NCBI GenBank assembly: GCA_965205215.1
Contig: OZ242041.1
Coordinates: forward strand, 1,984,001-2,048,000
From: Nitrosopumilus sp.
Lineage (GTDB): Archaea; Thermoproteota; Nitrososphaeria; Nitrososphaerales; Nitrosopumilaceae
DNA: 64,000 bases
Direction of reading: 5' to 3'
The notes under the pieces were generated by a model. The model saw only the letters and a program-made list of their open reading frames with translations, searched no databases and was not told the origin of the DNA. Below, in pieces: positions 1 through 9,267 of the stretch. The position numbers and the translations under genes were made by a program. The first letter of the stretch is position 1; every line of letters begins with the position of its first letter.

Positions 1-43
1 CGATACGGACACGGCTGGCAAAGAGGCATGAAGGCGTCTATTT

Positions 44-264
44 TGGAGATAATGAGGGCATGAGGAACCGCGTGCAAAACGACCATCTTGTGATGATCGA
101 AACTACCTCTGTGCCCTCGCACTTTTACCGATACGCCTGATTATAAACGTGCCACGACGGTTCGGTTGCTAGGTACGGCTGGTGGGGGCGCCTCATGGAG
201 ATAATGAGGGCCCGTAAGCCGTGACAGTGACCGTCTTGGTAAGCTCAAGACGATCGGGCCCGTA
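44..264. repeat. Intergenic direct-repeat and hairpin cluster upstream of VirB4
   Basis: 16-bp direct repeat TGGAGATAATGAGGGC at 44-59 and 196-211; hairpins CCTCAT/ATGAGG, CGTCTTG/CAAGACG and GGGCCCG/CGGGCCC. Confidence 0.6.
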
Positions 265-439
265 TGTTTTACCGGCGTCCGACTATAAATGTGTCAAGGC
301 GAGTCAGACGCTGCACTCAAGCGTATTTACCACAGCCTCATCACCCAGAATCTCCTCTCCTTTTCCACAAGATGAACCTGCTTGACGGGCATCATTTCCT
401 CCGCACATCCGCTTAAAAGCCGCACGCCGCATCGTACGC

Positions 440-2287
440 GTGGAGATCATACGCGAGCGCCTATTCGGCGAGCCACCCAGACGCGCGTACGGGCACGCGT
501 ACTCGATAACCCCGACCAACTTCCGCATACTGCCGGAGGAGAAGCGGCGGCGCAGACTGGCAGAGTTCTTCGAGGTGCTCAGGATGCTGGAGCGCGCGGC
601 TACCATCACCCTTGAGCGCGTGCCCATAGCCGTCGGGAAGGGAGGCCGGGCGAACGGCGCCAAGATGGACGTGCTGCGGGTCATGCTTGACGCGGCAGAG
701 CCGCTTGACGATATACTGGAGAGGCTTGGATTCTCATACACCATCGACGAGCCCCGCGACGCGCCGTCGGTCACGGCGCAGGGGGTCCGGGACTTTGCGT
801 GTACCATAAACGGCTCGCCCCTGTACGGGAGGGCGTACACAGTATACGGCGCCCCCGCGGTCCTGCCGCCCGCGTGGGTCCACGACGTGTTTGGCACGTT
901 CCACAGGCTCCAGATACACGTGACGCCGATCCGCCCCGACGACGCCCTCCGCAAGATGGAGAACCGCGAGCTGCTCCACAGCGGGGTGCGCACGAACAGG
1001 GCCGACATCCAGAAAAAGCTCCGGGACATACGCGCCCTCAAGCGGGAGCTTGAGCTCGGCAACACGTCGGCGTTTGCGTTTACGGTCAACGGATTCGTGT
1101 TCGCCACATCAAGGCAAAAGCTCCGCGAGCTGCACCGCACAGTCAAGCGCAACACGTCCGCGATGAACGTCCGCGTCACGACATCGCTTGGCAGGCAGAG
1201 GCATATCGTCCTCGGCGGCGGGGCCTCGTGGCTGGGCGCCATTCACAGCATGCACGTGCTCTACCCGTTCGTGTCGTCGGACATGCTTGAGGTTCCAAAC
1301 GGGGTCACGCTCGGCAGAAATTTGGACACACAGGGACCCGTCATATACGACGTCAACCAGCGCAAGAACCACAACGTGTTCACAGCCGGGACTACAGGCT
1401 CGGGCAAGTCGTTCACAAACAAGATACTATTGAAGCGGTTTCTGGAAAAGCGCCCGGACACCATGTGCATAGTGATAGACCCGCAGGGAGAGTACGCGGA
1501 GCACGCCGAATACTTTGGGCTTGACAGGGTGGAGATAGCGCCCGGTCAGGAGTACGGACTGGACCCGTTTGCCATGCTCGGCTCCGCGGTGGAGGCGGCC
1601 GACTTGCTGGGGGCCGCCACCAACGCGCCCAACCAGACAAGAAGGGAGTGGAGGAGCGTCTGCGATACCGTGCGCTCGATAGACGGGCTGTACGAGGCAA
1701 GCTCCGAGGCCTCAAGGGGGTACCTAGCGGACCTGGTACGCGGCGGTGTCTCCCGGGTCTTCCGAGGCAGCCCCAGGTTTTCAGACAGGATGGTCGTATC
1801 ACTGAGGAGGACGGACGGACAGGAGTACGAGGGGCTACTGATCCTGCTTGTTTTGGCGTACGCGTGGAGGCGCGTAAACGAGCTGCCGGCAAGGCAGTGG
1901 AAGTTCGTCCTGCTCGACGAGGCGTGGCGCATGACCAAGATCAACCACAGCATCAGGAAGATAGGCGAGATGGCGCGGCAGGGCCGCAAGAAGTCCCTGA
2001 TATTTGCCGTATCCACGCAGCAGTTCTCCGACATGGACCGCGCGCTAGACGACGAGTCCAGGCTCACCGAGCTGTTCGACACCAAGATAATAATGCAGAT
2101 GTCGCAGTCGGCCGCGCGCGTCATGGGCGCGGCCCTGGGGCTGACCGAGTCTGAAATAGAGCGCGTCACGAACTTCCGGGCCGGGATGGGACTGCTCCAG
2201 ACAAGCGACAACGCGGTATACCTCAGGTTCGAGGCCACCGGCGACGAGGCAAAGCGGTACTTTAACACAAAGGCGGTGCAGGGGTGA
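440..2287 (+). CDS. virB4: VirB4/HerA-like conjugative-type ATPase
   Basis: Walker A GTTGSGKS preceded by NHNVF, IDPQGEY, Walker B LLDEAW, RQGRK...STQ motif; N-terminal LYPF...GVTLG typical of VirB4. Confidence 0.85.
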   Translation: MEIIRERLFGEPPRRAYGHAYSITPTNFRILPEEKRRRRLAEFFEVLRMLERAATITLERVPIAVGKGGRANGAKMDVLRVMLDAAEPLDDILERLGFSYTIDEPRDAPSVTAQGVRDFACTINGSPLYGRAYTVYGAPAVLPPAWVHDVFGTFHRLQIHVTPIRPDDALRKMENRELLHSGVRTNRADIQKKLRDIRALKRELELGNTSAFAFTVNGFVFATSRQKLRELHRTVKRNTSAMNVRVTTSLGRQRHIVLGGGASWLGAIHSMHVLYPFVSSDMLEVPNGVTLGRNLDTQGPVIYDVNQRKNHNVFTAGTTGSGKSFTNKILLKRFLEKRPDTMCIVIDPQGEYAEHAEYFGLDRVEIAPGQEYGLDPFAMLGSAVEAADLLGAATNAPNQTRREWRSVCDTVRSIDGLYEASSEASRGYLADLVRGGVSRVFRGSPRFSDRMVVSLRRTDGQEYEGLLILLVLAYAWRRVNELPARQWKFVLLDEAWRMTKINHSIRKIGEMARQGRKKSLIFAVSTQQFSDMDRALDDESRLTELFDTKIIMQMSQSAARVMGAALGLTESEIERVTNFRAGMGLLQTSDNAVYLRFEATGDEAKRYFNTKAVQG

Positions 2288-2706
2288 CGCAGAGGCGACA
2301 GCGACAGAGGCGGCATGCAGCATCCGGAATGATCGAGGTCCTGATCCTGATTTCGGTGGCAGTCGTGGGCGCCGGCGCCCTTGCCGCGTGGTTCTCCGGT
2401 TCGCACGACGCGATGCAGGAGACGGGATGCACCGCGTGGATGGAGGCGCACGAGATATCCGACGGCACGTACTGGGTACAGTCGACGATACGGAACACGG
2501 GCGACCACCCTATACGCGAGTACCGCGTCATGACAGGCGCCAACAGCACGCCGGCCGCGTCGTCCCATGTGGTCTGGGAGCCTGGCCAGACTGTAGTGCT
2601 GGAGTTCGTGGTGACGGACGTGGACGACGAATCCCACCTGCGGCCTGCAAGGGTGGTAGGCCTGGGGGGAGGGGGCAGCGCGCTCTGCGAGGTGGTCACG
2701 CCGTGA
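2284..2706 (+). CDS. Archaeal type IV pilin-like protein
   Basis: Basic N-terminus (RRH) then hydrophobic helix containing a Glu (ASGMIEVLILISVAVVGAGALAAWF), IRNTG motif; GTGA overlap with VirB4. Confidence 0.6.
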   Translation: MTQRRQRQRRHAASGMIEVLILISVAVVGAGALAAWFSGSHDAMQETGCTAWMEAHEISDGTYWVQSTIRNTGDHPIREYRVMTGANSTPAASSHVVWEPGQTVVLEFVVTDVDDESHLRPARVVGLGGGGSALCEVVTP

Positions 2707-3101
2707 ACCAGATCATACAGTATGTCCTGATATTCGGCGTGGTCGGCGTCTTTTTTGCGGCGCTGTACCAGGGCGCAACGGATGACGTGGGAGGCAGGAT
2801 CGCGTCGTACGACGACAGGCTCGACCTGTACAAGGCGCAGGCCGCAGAGCACCTCAGGCTGGTGGAGATAACGGATACCGAGCCGGCCACGGCAGACCTG
2901 ATAAACACCGGCGCAAAGGACATCAGGATAAGGCACCTGTACGTGGACGGCGTCAGGGACGACTCGTATACGGCCAGGGACAGGGACGGGCCGGTCGGCG
3001 AGCTGCGCGTGGGCAGCCTAGTTCGCATCGTCTCGGCCCTTGACGGAGGCACGGTCTCAATCGTCACCGACAGCGGCAGGGTCTTTAGGTTCGGCCAGTG
3101 A
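2703..3101 (+). CDS. Second pilin-like / membrane-anchored protein
   Basis: GTG start overlapping the previous stop; N-terminal TM, INTG, C-terminal IVTDSGRVF, as seen in archaeal minor pilins. Confidence 0.55.
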   Translation: MNQIIQYVLIFGVVGVFFAALYQGATDDVGGRIASYDDRLDLYKAQAAEHLRLVEITDTEPATADLINTGAKDIRIRHLYVDGVRDDSYTARDRDGPVGELRVGSLVRIVSALDGGTVSIVTDSGRVFRFGQ

Positions 3102-3371
3102 TAACGACACGGCAGACATGATCTCGCCGAACATGGAGGCGCAGTTCTTGGAGGTCACGGAAACCTGCACCAGCGAGTCCGCGTCGCCGCCGTGAAAAAA
3201 ATTGAGCAGAATGGTGTCGTGCGACACATGCTCTGCAAATACCAGATCGCGGAGAGGCACCGCAAAGTGGCTTGTCGAGCCTCCGTCGCCGGTGCAGAGT
3301 ATGGTTCCGTCCGCGGCGATCTCCAGCTCGGCTTTTGTCTTTCCGTATATCCTGACGCGGTAGATACCCAT
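3057..3371 (-). CDS. Small hypothetical protein (possible PH-like beta fold)
   Basis: ATG 6 bp after the upstream gene stop; globular-looking sequence MGIYRVRIYGK... Confidence 0.5.
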   Translation of the reverse strand: MGIYRVRIYGKTKAELEIAADGTILCTGDGGSTSHFAVPLRDLVFAEHVSHDTILLNFFHGGDADSLVQVSVTSKNCASMFGEIMSAVSLSLAEPKDPAAVGDD

Positions 3372-3376
3372 GCCGA

Positions 3377-4123
3377 TTATCCCCTGTTGCCGGCCCCGCC
3401 GCTGGCGCCGACACGGCTCACAAACTGCAGCGTCCTGCGCAACAGGACCGCGCCGCCCGCATGCTCCCGTATGGTAAGAACCCGGGGGCCCTCGCGTTCG
3501 GGCCTGACGTGCATCACCAGCGCGCCCTCCGCGGACGTCCGCAGCGCGTCGATCAGCTCGTCGTCCAGGTAGCACCGGACGAGCCTGTTGCCCAGCATGG
3601 CGCCGTCTCCGCCGTGTATGGTGACGCGTACGGACTTTAGCTCGTCCAGATCGGCGCACGTAATCTCCCGGACGCGCTCAACCTTTTTCGCAGTGTCAAC
3701 GTCAAGCCGGCGCGGGAACCCGAGCACCTTGGACTTCCCGCCTGCCCCTGCTCTGCGCCGCTTTTTGCGCATATCCTGCATCCAGCCGCCGCTGCCCACC
3801 CTTGCCCGGAGACGGGCCGCGAGCAGCGACAGCACGGCGAGCAGCACGACGTCTGCCGTCCCGTACGGCGTCTTTATGATTCCCAGCGCCGCGCCCACGC
3901 CCAGCGGCAGGAGAGCCGTACAGACCGACGCCCAGTCCCGCGTTATTTCCACGTTGTCAGGCACCACCGCCCAGTAGAGCGCGGCGGACACCAGTCCAAA
4001 GATGCCCAGCACCGTCAGATTGCGCAGCGACATGAACCCGAACGGGGTGGTCAGCGCGGGCTCCTCCCAGCCCGAATAGTCTCGGAAAATCAGCACTTCG
4101 GAAGGCTCTGCCAACTTATGCAC
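3377..4123 (-). CDS. PrgI/VirB3-like membrane protein with C-terminal Ig-like domain
   Basis: WEEP...FGFMSLRNL followed by TM helices, as in PrgI-like proteins; context near VirB4; start approximate. Confidence 0.5.
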   Translation of the reverse strand: MHKLAEPSEVLIFRDYSGWEEPALTTPFGFMSLRNLTVLGIFGLVSAALYWAVVPDNVEITRDWASVCTALLPLGVGAALGIIKTPYGTADVVLLAVLSLLAARLRARVGSGGWMQDMRKKRRRAGAGGKSKVLGFPRRLDVDTAKKVERVREITCADLDELKSVRVTIHGGDGAMLGNRLVRCYLDDELIDALRTSAEGALVMHVRPEREGPRVLTIREHAGGAVLLRRTLQFVSRVGASGGAGNRG

Positions 4124-4424
4124 CCCACGCTTCCTTGCGGCACGCGGTCCCGAACAGATACTCCGCACGATGACACCTAGGAGAACTTACCGCCCCCGCC
4201 TCAAGACACATACAAGTCACCACATACAATCGTGCATTTTGTTTTAAGCCAGTTTTTCTTGGCGTCCACCCTTGCATACTGCACGAAAGTATCAGCCGGC
4301 CCAACAGCGTCGCCAAACGATCCAGTAGCGGCTTCGGCCCGGATCAGACGTCATTTATCTCTACGCGAGCAGGATCCGATACGACGTAATGACGTGACCG
4401 TCAGGAAATTCGCGTAAAAGACGT

Positions 4425-5549
4425 TCATGTGTCAATATAACTTCCATCCTCATCAAATAATGGGCATGCGACTCCGCCATAGTGGTTGAACATCTCGTTC
4501 ATAATGGAGGATGCAACTTGTTCGTACTTTGTTTCAAGAAAACGCACCGGATGTTCCCTCTCAATCATTATATTGTCCAAACGTTCTACTTCATATTGTA
4601 TGCTCCTCCCATCTGTAGTAGGAATTGCGCTTTTAGATGAAGATGTCAATACTGCAATTATTTTCACATCTCCAAAATAATTATAATGTGACAGTATTTT
4701 ATTGGCAAACTGTAGCATCTGCATTGTTTTTTGTGCTAGAGCCACGTACGGAAGAAGAATTATATCATTACTTTGAGAACTATAGTGACATATGTATTGA
4801 ACACATCCGTTTCTATGAATTTGTAATTTGTCAGCCTCATGATATGCGGAGATTAATCCGTGAGAAAACGGTTTCAATGCACTGTTTGGTAGACTACGAC
4901 TTCTAAAATCCTTGTCAATCCTGATGGATTCCAACATTTTAATTTGGTCATAGTCTGACGCATCAACAAGTCGATGTCTTATATTTAACGGAATGACTAT
5001 GATGCTTGCAGTTACCTCACCCTTTTTAGAACCCGGTAATATGTCCTGAATGTAATTGCCGAGTTGGTCGTAATGAGAAAAGCGGCTTCTGTAACAATCC
5101 GCGACATCCATTTCGCTCATTTCCACAGATCCGTACTGGGACCGTCTGTAGAATTTTTTGGTCATATTACTCTGATGAGGCTTTAGGTGACTGTCTGGAA
5201 CACGTACGAGCAGGACGCCTTTCTTACTGTCTGGAATTGGTATGAGTTTTGTCTTTACGTCCAGTCTGGGGACGACGTTGGATAAGACAATCTGCTCAAG
5301 CCGTTCTTTGTTCAATTCTTCCATGTCCAGTCCAGGTATATCTGTTGGGTGTCCACCCTTTCCGGACTCCTTGACGCCGAAAACGATATGCCCGCCGCGC
5401 ACGTTGGCGAATGCGCACACGTGTTTGACCAGATCCACATCGCGTATCATCATCTCCTTATAGTCCAAAATTTCGCTTTCGTCAATCTGATCTGTTAAAA
5501 GAGCATGAATGTCTGCATATGTGATTTCGGACATATCCTTCCATATCAT
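4425..5549 (-). CDS. Schlafen/AlbA_2 domain protein
   Basis: ESEILDYKE, VCAFANVRGGHIVFGVKE, KPHQ...YRRS; markedly lower GC than flanks. Confidence 0.85.
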   Translation of the reverse strand: MIWKDMSEITYADIHALLTDQIDESEILDYKEMMIRDVDLVKHVCAFANVRGGHIVFGVKESGKGGHPTDIPGLDMEELNKERLEQIVLSNVVPRLDVKTKLIPIPDSKKGVLLVRVPDSHLKPHQSNMTKKFYRRSQYGSVEMSEMDVADCYRSRFSHYDQLGNYIQDILPGSKKGEVTASIIVIPLNIRHRLVDASDYDQIKMLESIRIDKDFRSRSLPNSALKPFSHGLISAYHEADKLQIHRNGCVQYICHYSSQSNDIILLPYVALAQKTMQMLQFANKILSHYNYFGDVKIIAVLTSSSKSAIPTTDGRSIQYEVERLDNIMIEREHPVRFLETKYEQVASSIMNEMFNHYGGVACPLFDEDGSYIDT

Positions 5550-5700
5550 GTAACAAGACTTGCGATTGTGGTATTTTAATGCCCTTTTCGCGCTTCGGAT
5601 AACTTCCCAAGCCCTTCAACTCTGGCCATGCTAAATTCACTCCTAAAGATAGACACGGCCTGATGATTTTGCGCCTAACGTAGCATGACCCTCACTAATG

Positions 5701-7191
5701 TCATGACCTTGGAATCTTGCGCCTGATCAGGAATCTTTCGCCCGGTAGATCCTTTATCAGTTCCCATCCTTCCGCTGTGCCCGCCAGCAGCTCGGCCTCG
5801 CCATCTGCGATCCTGCTCTCAAAGGGAGACTTTCTGGGGGGCCTGTCATTGGCGGCGGTAACCGAGGCTGCATCTGCCACCCGTATCGCCGTCGTCGTCG
5901 TTTCCCCCGCGCCGGAGGCATCCTTGTCCTCCTCCAAGGCAGTCGCGGATGCCGTCGAGCTATCATTGGGTCCCGCGCTATCGTCCTGCGCGGATGCCGC
6001 TGCGGCCTGTCGTGGCGACGGTGGTGACACATCCCTTGCCCCGTACAGAACCCCGCCTGCAAGCATGTCGTCGGGGTCCAGCCCGTACATCTTGGCCTGC
6101 TGCCTCCACATCCCGATCAGCATCTTGCGCCTGTCCTTTTCCGAGTCATATGTGGCGTCGGTGGACAGGAACGCCTGGCTTTGCTCAAACGCGCGCCTCA
6201 TGTCTTCCGTCATCTGCTCCGTCAGCCTGCCCTTGTTGGTGGTATACCTGGCTTCCATGTCCCCCTTGTGCCCCATGAAGAACTGCCGGTACGCGTGCGT
6301 CATGCACCCGTGGCTTTCTGCAATCAGGAGCTGGCTGTCAAAGTACGCCCTCAGCGCATAGGGGCGCGCCCTGAGCACGCTCCAGATTGCGGGGCGGGCG
6401 ATGGCGCCCAAGGCGGTGGTGGCCACGAACCCGTTTCCCCTATCGTCAAGCTTGCGCCACCCCTTGAGGCGGTATCCAAAGGCCACCGTCACGAGGGGCG
6501 AGCCGGGCCTCAGGACCTCGCCCCGGGCCATCCTCTCCCGGAGGTACCCGAGCACGTACTTGCAGCCCTCCTCGGCCAGAAATGTAAAGTACTTTTTCCG
6601 GATCTTGCTCAGCTGCGGCCTCACTATAACCATAGCGGGGATCCTGGAAAAGCGGGTGTGGCCGCCGTCGAGCACCAGGTCGGGCAGGTCCGATAGCACC
6701 AACCCGTCACTGCGGTCTGCAAGCCCCATGACCTGCGGCCTCACCCCGGCAAAGGCCATCATGCTTATGATTGCCCTGCTGCGCGGGTCTGCCGCGTCCA
6801 GTATCTTTTTGAGCTGTTCCTTGTCCGGCACCTTTTCGTCCTGGATGCTCACCGGCACGTCGGAGTTTGCGATCTTGATCTTGCGCTTGATCTCTATGTG
6901 GTTGTATTCCAGCCAGGACTTTACGGCGGCCAGCATCCCCTTGGTGTACCCGGGGGCGTACCTTTTCTCCTCCATCCACGACACGTGGTCAAGCAGCGTG
7001 TTTTCGGCCCTCATCGGGTCTCTCCTCCCCATCTTTGCCAGCTCGTGCGGCGTCATCCCCACCCTGTCGCAGAACAGGTTCAGCCGCCTGAGCCTGACGG
7101 TGCACGTGAGCATGCTGGACCTACGCAGGTTGTCGTGCCACCGCCTCACGTCCGGATCACTCAGCAGTAGGGTCGGGGGATCTTTTGCCAT
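5701..7191 (-). CDS. int: Tyrosine recombinase/integrase, copy 1
   Basis: Catalytic R (GVRPQ), K (SKIRK), YxLR (PYALRAYF), MGH and Y (EARYT); start set at the ATG shared by both copies (frame is open to 7434). Confidence 0.88.
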   Translation of the reverse strand: MAKDPPTLLLSDPDVRRWHDNLRRSSMLTCTVRLRRLNLFCDRVGMTPHELAKMGRRDPMRAENTLLDHVSWMEEKRYAPGYTKGMLAAVKSWLEYNHIEIKRKIKIANSDVPVSIQDEKVPDKEQLKKILDAADPRSRAIISMMAFAGVRPQVMGLADRSDGLVLSDLPDLVLDGGHTRFSRIPAMVIVRPQLSKIRKKYFTFLAEEGCKYVLGYLRERMARGEVLRPGSPLVTVAFGYRLKGWRKLDDRGNGFVATTALGAIARPAIWSVLRARPYALRAYFDSQLLIAESHGCMTHAYRQFFMGHKGDMEARYTTNKGRLTEQMTEDMRRAFEQSQAFLSTDATYDSEKDRRKMLIGMWRQQAKMYGLDPDDMLAGGVLYGARDVSPPSPRQAAAASAQDDSAGPNDSSTASATALEEDKDASGAGETTTTAIRVADAASVTAANDRPPRKSPFESRIADGEAELLAGTAEGWELIKDLPGERFLIRRKIPRS

Positions 7192-7287
7192 TCTGTTCCA
7201 GCTGTTAAAATTCGAATCTGATTCAAGAGGAGGCTTGCGTTTCGCGCCTACTCCTGCTGCCGACGAGGTTCTTTTGGATTTAAGCAT

Positions 7288-7433
7288 TGGAGAGCCGGGT
7301 TTGCCTGCCTGAGCTCCCACGAATCCGGTGCCTTGCGCGGGGCCCAGCTTGTTATCACGCGCGTTACGCCCGGACATAGTGCTGTTGCGTTTGCCAGAAT
7401 TCTTGGCACGTGCACTAAGCATCATCGGGCCCA
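7288..7433 (-). repeat. Conserved 146-bp integrase leader / element end, copy 1
   Basis: 141/146 identical to 15765-15910; identity stops abruptly after ATCGGGCCCA. Confidence 0.9.
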
Positions 7434-7686
7434 CTGTATATAATCACTTAATCAGCACAGTAACGACGAGAAGTCAGATCACAAGCCATCCGACGGGAAG
7501 CAGGGCCGCGCACTGGGCTCAACCCGCAGCGGCCTGTCCTGCCGCCGTGCTATCGCTTCCACCGCAGAATACTCCCGGGCATCCCAGGACGCCTGAGAAA
7601 CAGGCGCGATGGGACGATAATTCGGGCACGAGGACGGGAGGCAAAGTGGGAGATCGGGATTACGCGCCGCTGGTATCCAACTGTCA

Positions 7687-9267
7687 CTAACCTCCGGCTG
7701 CAATTCGGGGGGCACAGTCGGGCACGCGCGGAAAGAACTGATCCCACGGCGAGAACGGCGGCGACGCCACGACCAGGCATACAAAGTCATCTGCCGAGGT
7801 TACGAAGACCTTGTGGGCCGTGCCGCCGGGAATCATCAGATAGTCGCCTTCCCCTACTGCAAAGCCAGACGCGGAGGACGGATCGTTCGGATCCCATGTC
7901 ACTATCACGGCCGTCCCGCCCAGCACCACATACGCCTCATCGGACGTCAGATGGTAGTGGCCGTCCGTGGCCGTGCCGGGATTGAACGTCGCCTTTGCGA
8001 CCGAAAACGACCCCAGGTAATCCGGGCCGAACCGCCGTAACCCGCCCCACGGCCTGGGCGCGTCCGTCATGTCCCCGGATTTGTGCAGGCGGGGCGGGCT
8101 TGCGGGTGCTGCTGTTGCGGCCGTCCCGGCGGCTGCAGTCCTCTCGGACAGTCGTGAGACATGCCTCTCAATGTCCGCGTCCATCCTGTTGATGCCCTCG
8201 GAAAGCTCCTCCGGCTTGGTTTTGATCACAGTCAGAACTATCAACGAGAATACGAGATCGATTGCGTCGGCGGGCGTTCCGTTTGACAGCCTCAGGTTGA
8301 TCGGGTGCGCGGAGCACAGTATCGTGACCGTCTTGCGCGCCCCCGTCTTGGCCATCCTGCACACCAAGTCGTCACCGGCCTTGGTTATGTCGATCCTGGC
8401 CCTGTTTAGCGTGAGGGACGCAGGCCTGCACATAACCTCGGATATCTCACCGTGCCCGCTGCCGGCGTTGAGCACCATGGCGCCGTCCTTCATTATGAGG
8501 AACTGCTCCACGCCAAGGCACGAACCGTCGCCGTCGGGCGTGCATGATATTATGATATCCTGCTCCGGCAGAACCTTGTTCATCTCCGACACGCCCAGGG
8601 AGCGAAACCCGTGGGCCGACGCGAGCGCCCTTTTCGTGGGATCGGTGTCTGCCACCGAGACCGCGCCTCCGTGTGACCTGCAGGCCGCGGACATGCCGCT
8701 GCCCACGCTCCCGTACCCCAGAACCAGGACGTTCTTGCGCGCCAGCGAGACGGACCTTCGATTGACCAGTGCCGAGAGCGCTGCCTCCGGAGTGGCCATC
8801 GAGTTTTCTATCCCCAGCTTCAGCGCGGATCCGGCCGCGCTGACCACGGGCCAGGGAGGCGCAACGCCGCCCGGGCCGTCGCCGCCAAGCCGGAATATCC
8901 CGTTCGTGGTCTGCTCTATGCTGAATATCCCGGGCTTGACGCCCCACTTTCCATCGTACAGCGCGCTTATTCTCATGCCGTCCTCTATGATTACGTCTAT
9001 TTTCGGCGCGACCCCCGGAACGTCCCCGTAGGAGATCACCTCGCACCCCTCTAGGCTGCGGGCGCCCTCCACGCATGCCACGTCTGCGCTGTACCCTATC
9101 GGGACGTAAAAGACCGACGCGCCCAGGTGTAGCAGTGTCCGAACCAGCTCAACCGTTGCCTCCGTGGCATGCGTGCACAGCAGGATGTTCCTGCCCGCAA
9201 GGCAGCCTGCCCCGGACTTCCCTCGGATCCCCTCCAGGATGCGCATTCGGGGGCGTGCGGGGATCAC
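7687..9267 (-). CDS. Divergent S-adenosylhomocysteine hydrolase-like protein fused to a C-terminal cupin
   Basis: CTHATEAT, IIEDG, EQTTNG, K..IEN, NAD motif LGYGSVG, PINL; cupin RPWG...HYH...E...IPGGTAH; GTGA overlap with upstream gene. Confidence 0.8.
   Translation of the reverse strand: MIPARPRMRILEGIRGKSGAGCLAGRNILLCTHATEATVELVRTLLHLGASVFYVPIGYSADVACVEGARSLEGCEVISYGDVPGVAPKIDVIIEDGMRISALYDGKWGVKPGIFSIEQTTNGIFRLGGDGPGGVAPPWPVVSAAGSALKLGIENSMATPEAALSALVNRRSVSLARKNVLVLGYGSVGSGMSAACRSHGGAVSVADTDPTKRALASAHGFRSLGVSEMNKVLPEQDIIISCTPDGDGSCLGVEQFLIMKDGAMVLNAGSGHGEISEVMCRPASLTLNRARIDITKAGDDLVCRMAKTGARKTVTILCSAHPINLRLSNGTPADAIDLVFSLIVLTVIKTKPEELSEGINRMDADIERHVSRLSERTAAAGTAATAAPASPPRLHKSGDMTDAPRPWGGLRRFGPDYLGSFSVAKATFNPGTATDGHYHLTSDEAYVVLGGTAVIVTWDPNDPSSASGFAVGEGDYLMIPGGTAHKVFVTSADDFVCLVVASPPFSPWDQFFPRVPDCAPRIAAGG

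Noticed and set aside
7288-7433. tRNA, SRP RNA, RNase P or hammerhead identity for the integrase leader
   Set aside because: No TTCRA T-loop or cloverleaf, no SRP helix-8 or GAGGAAAGTCC motif, no CTGATGA/GAAA core
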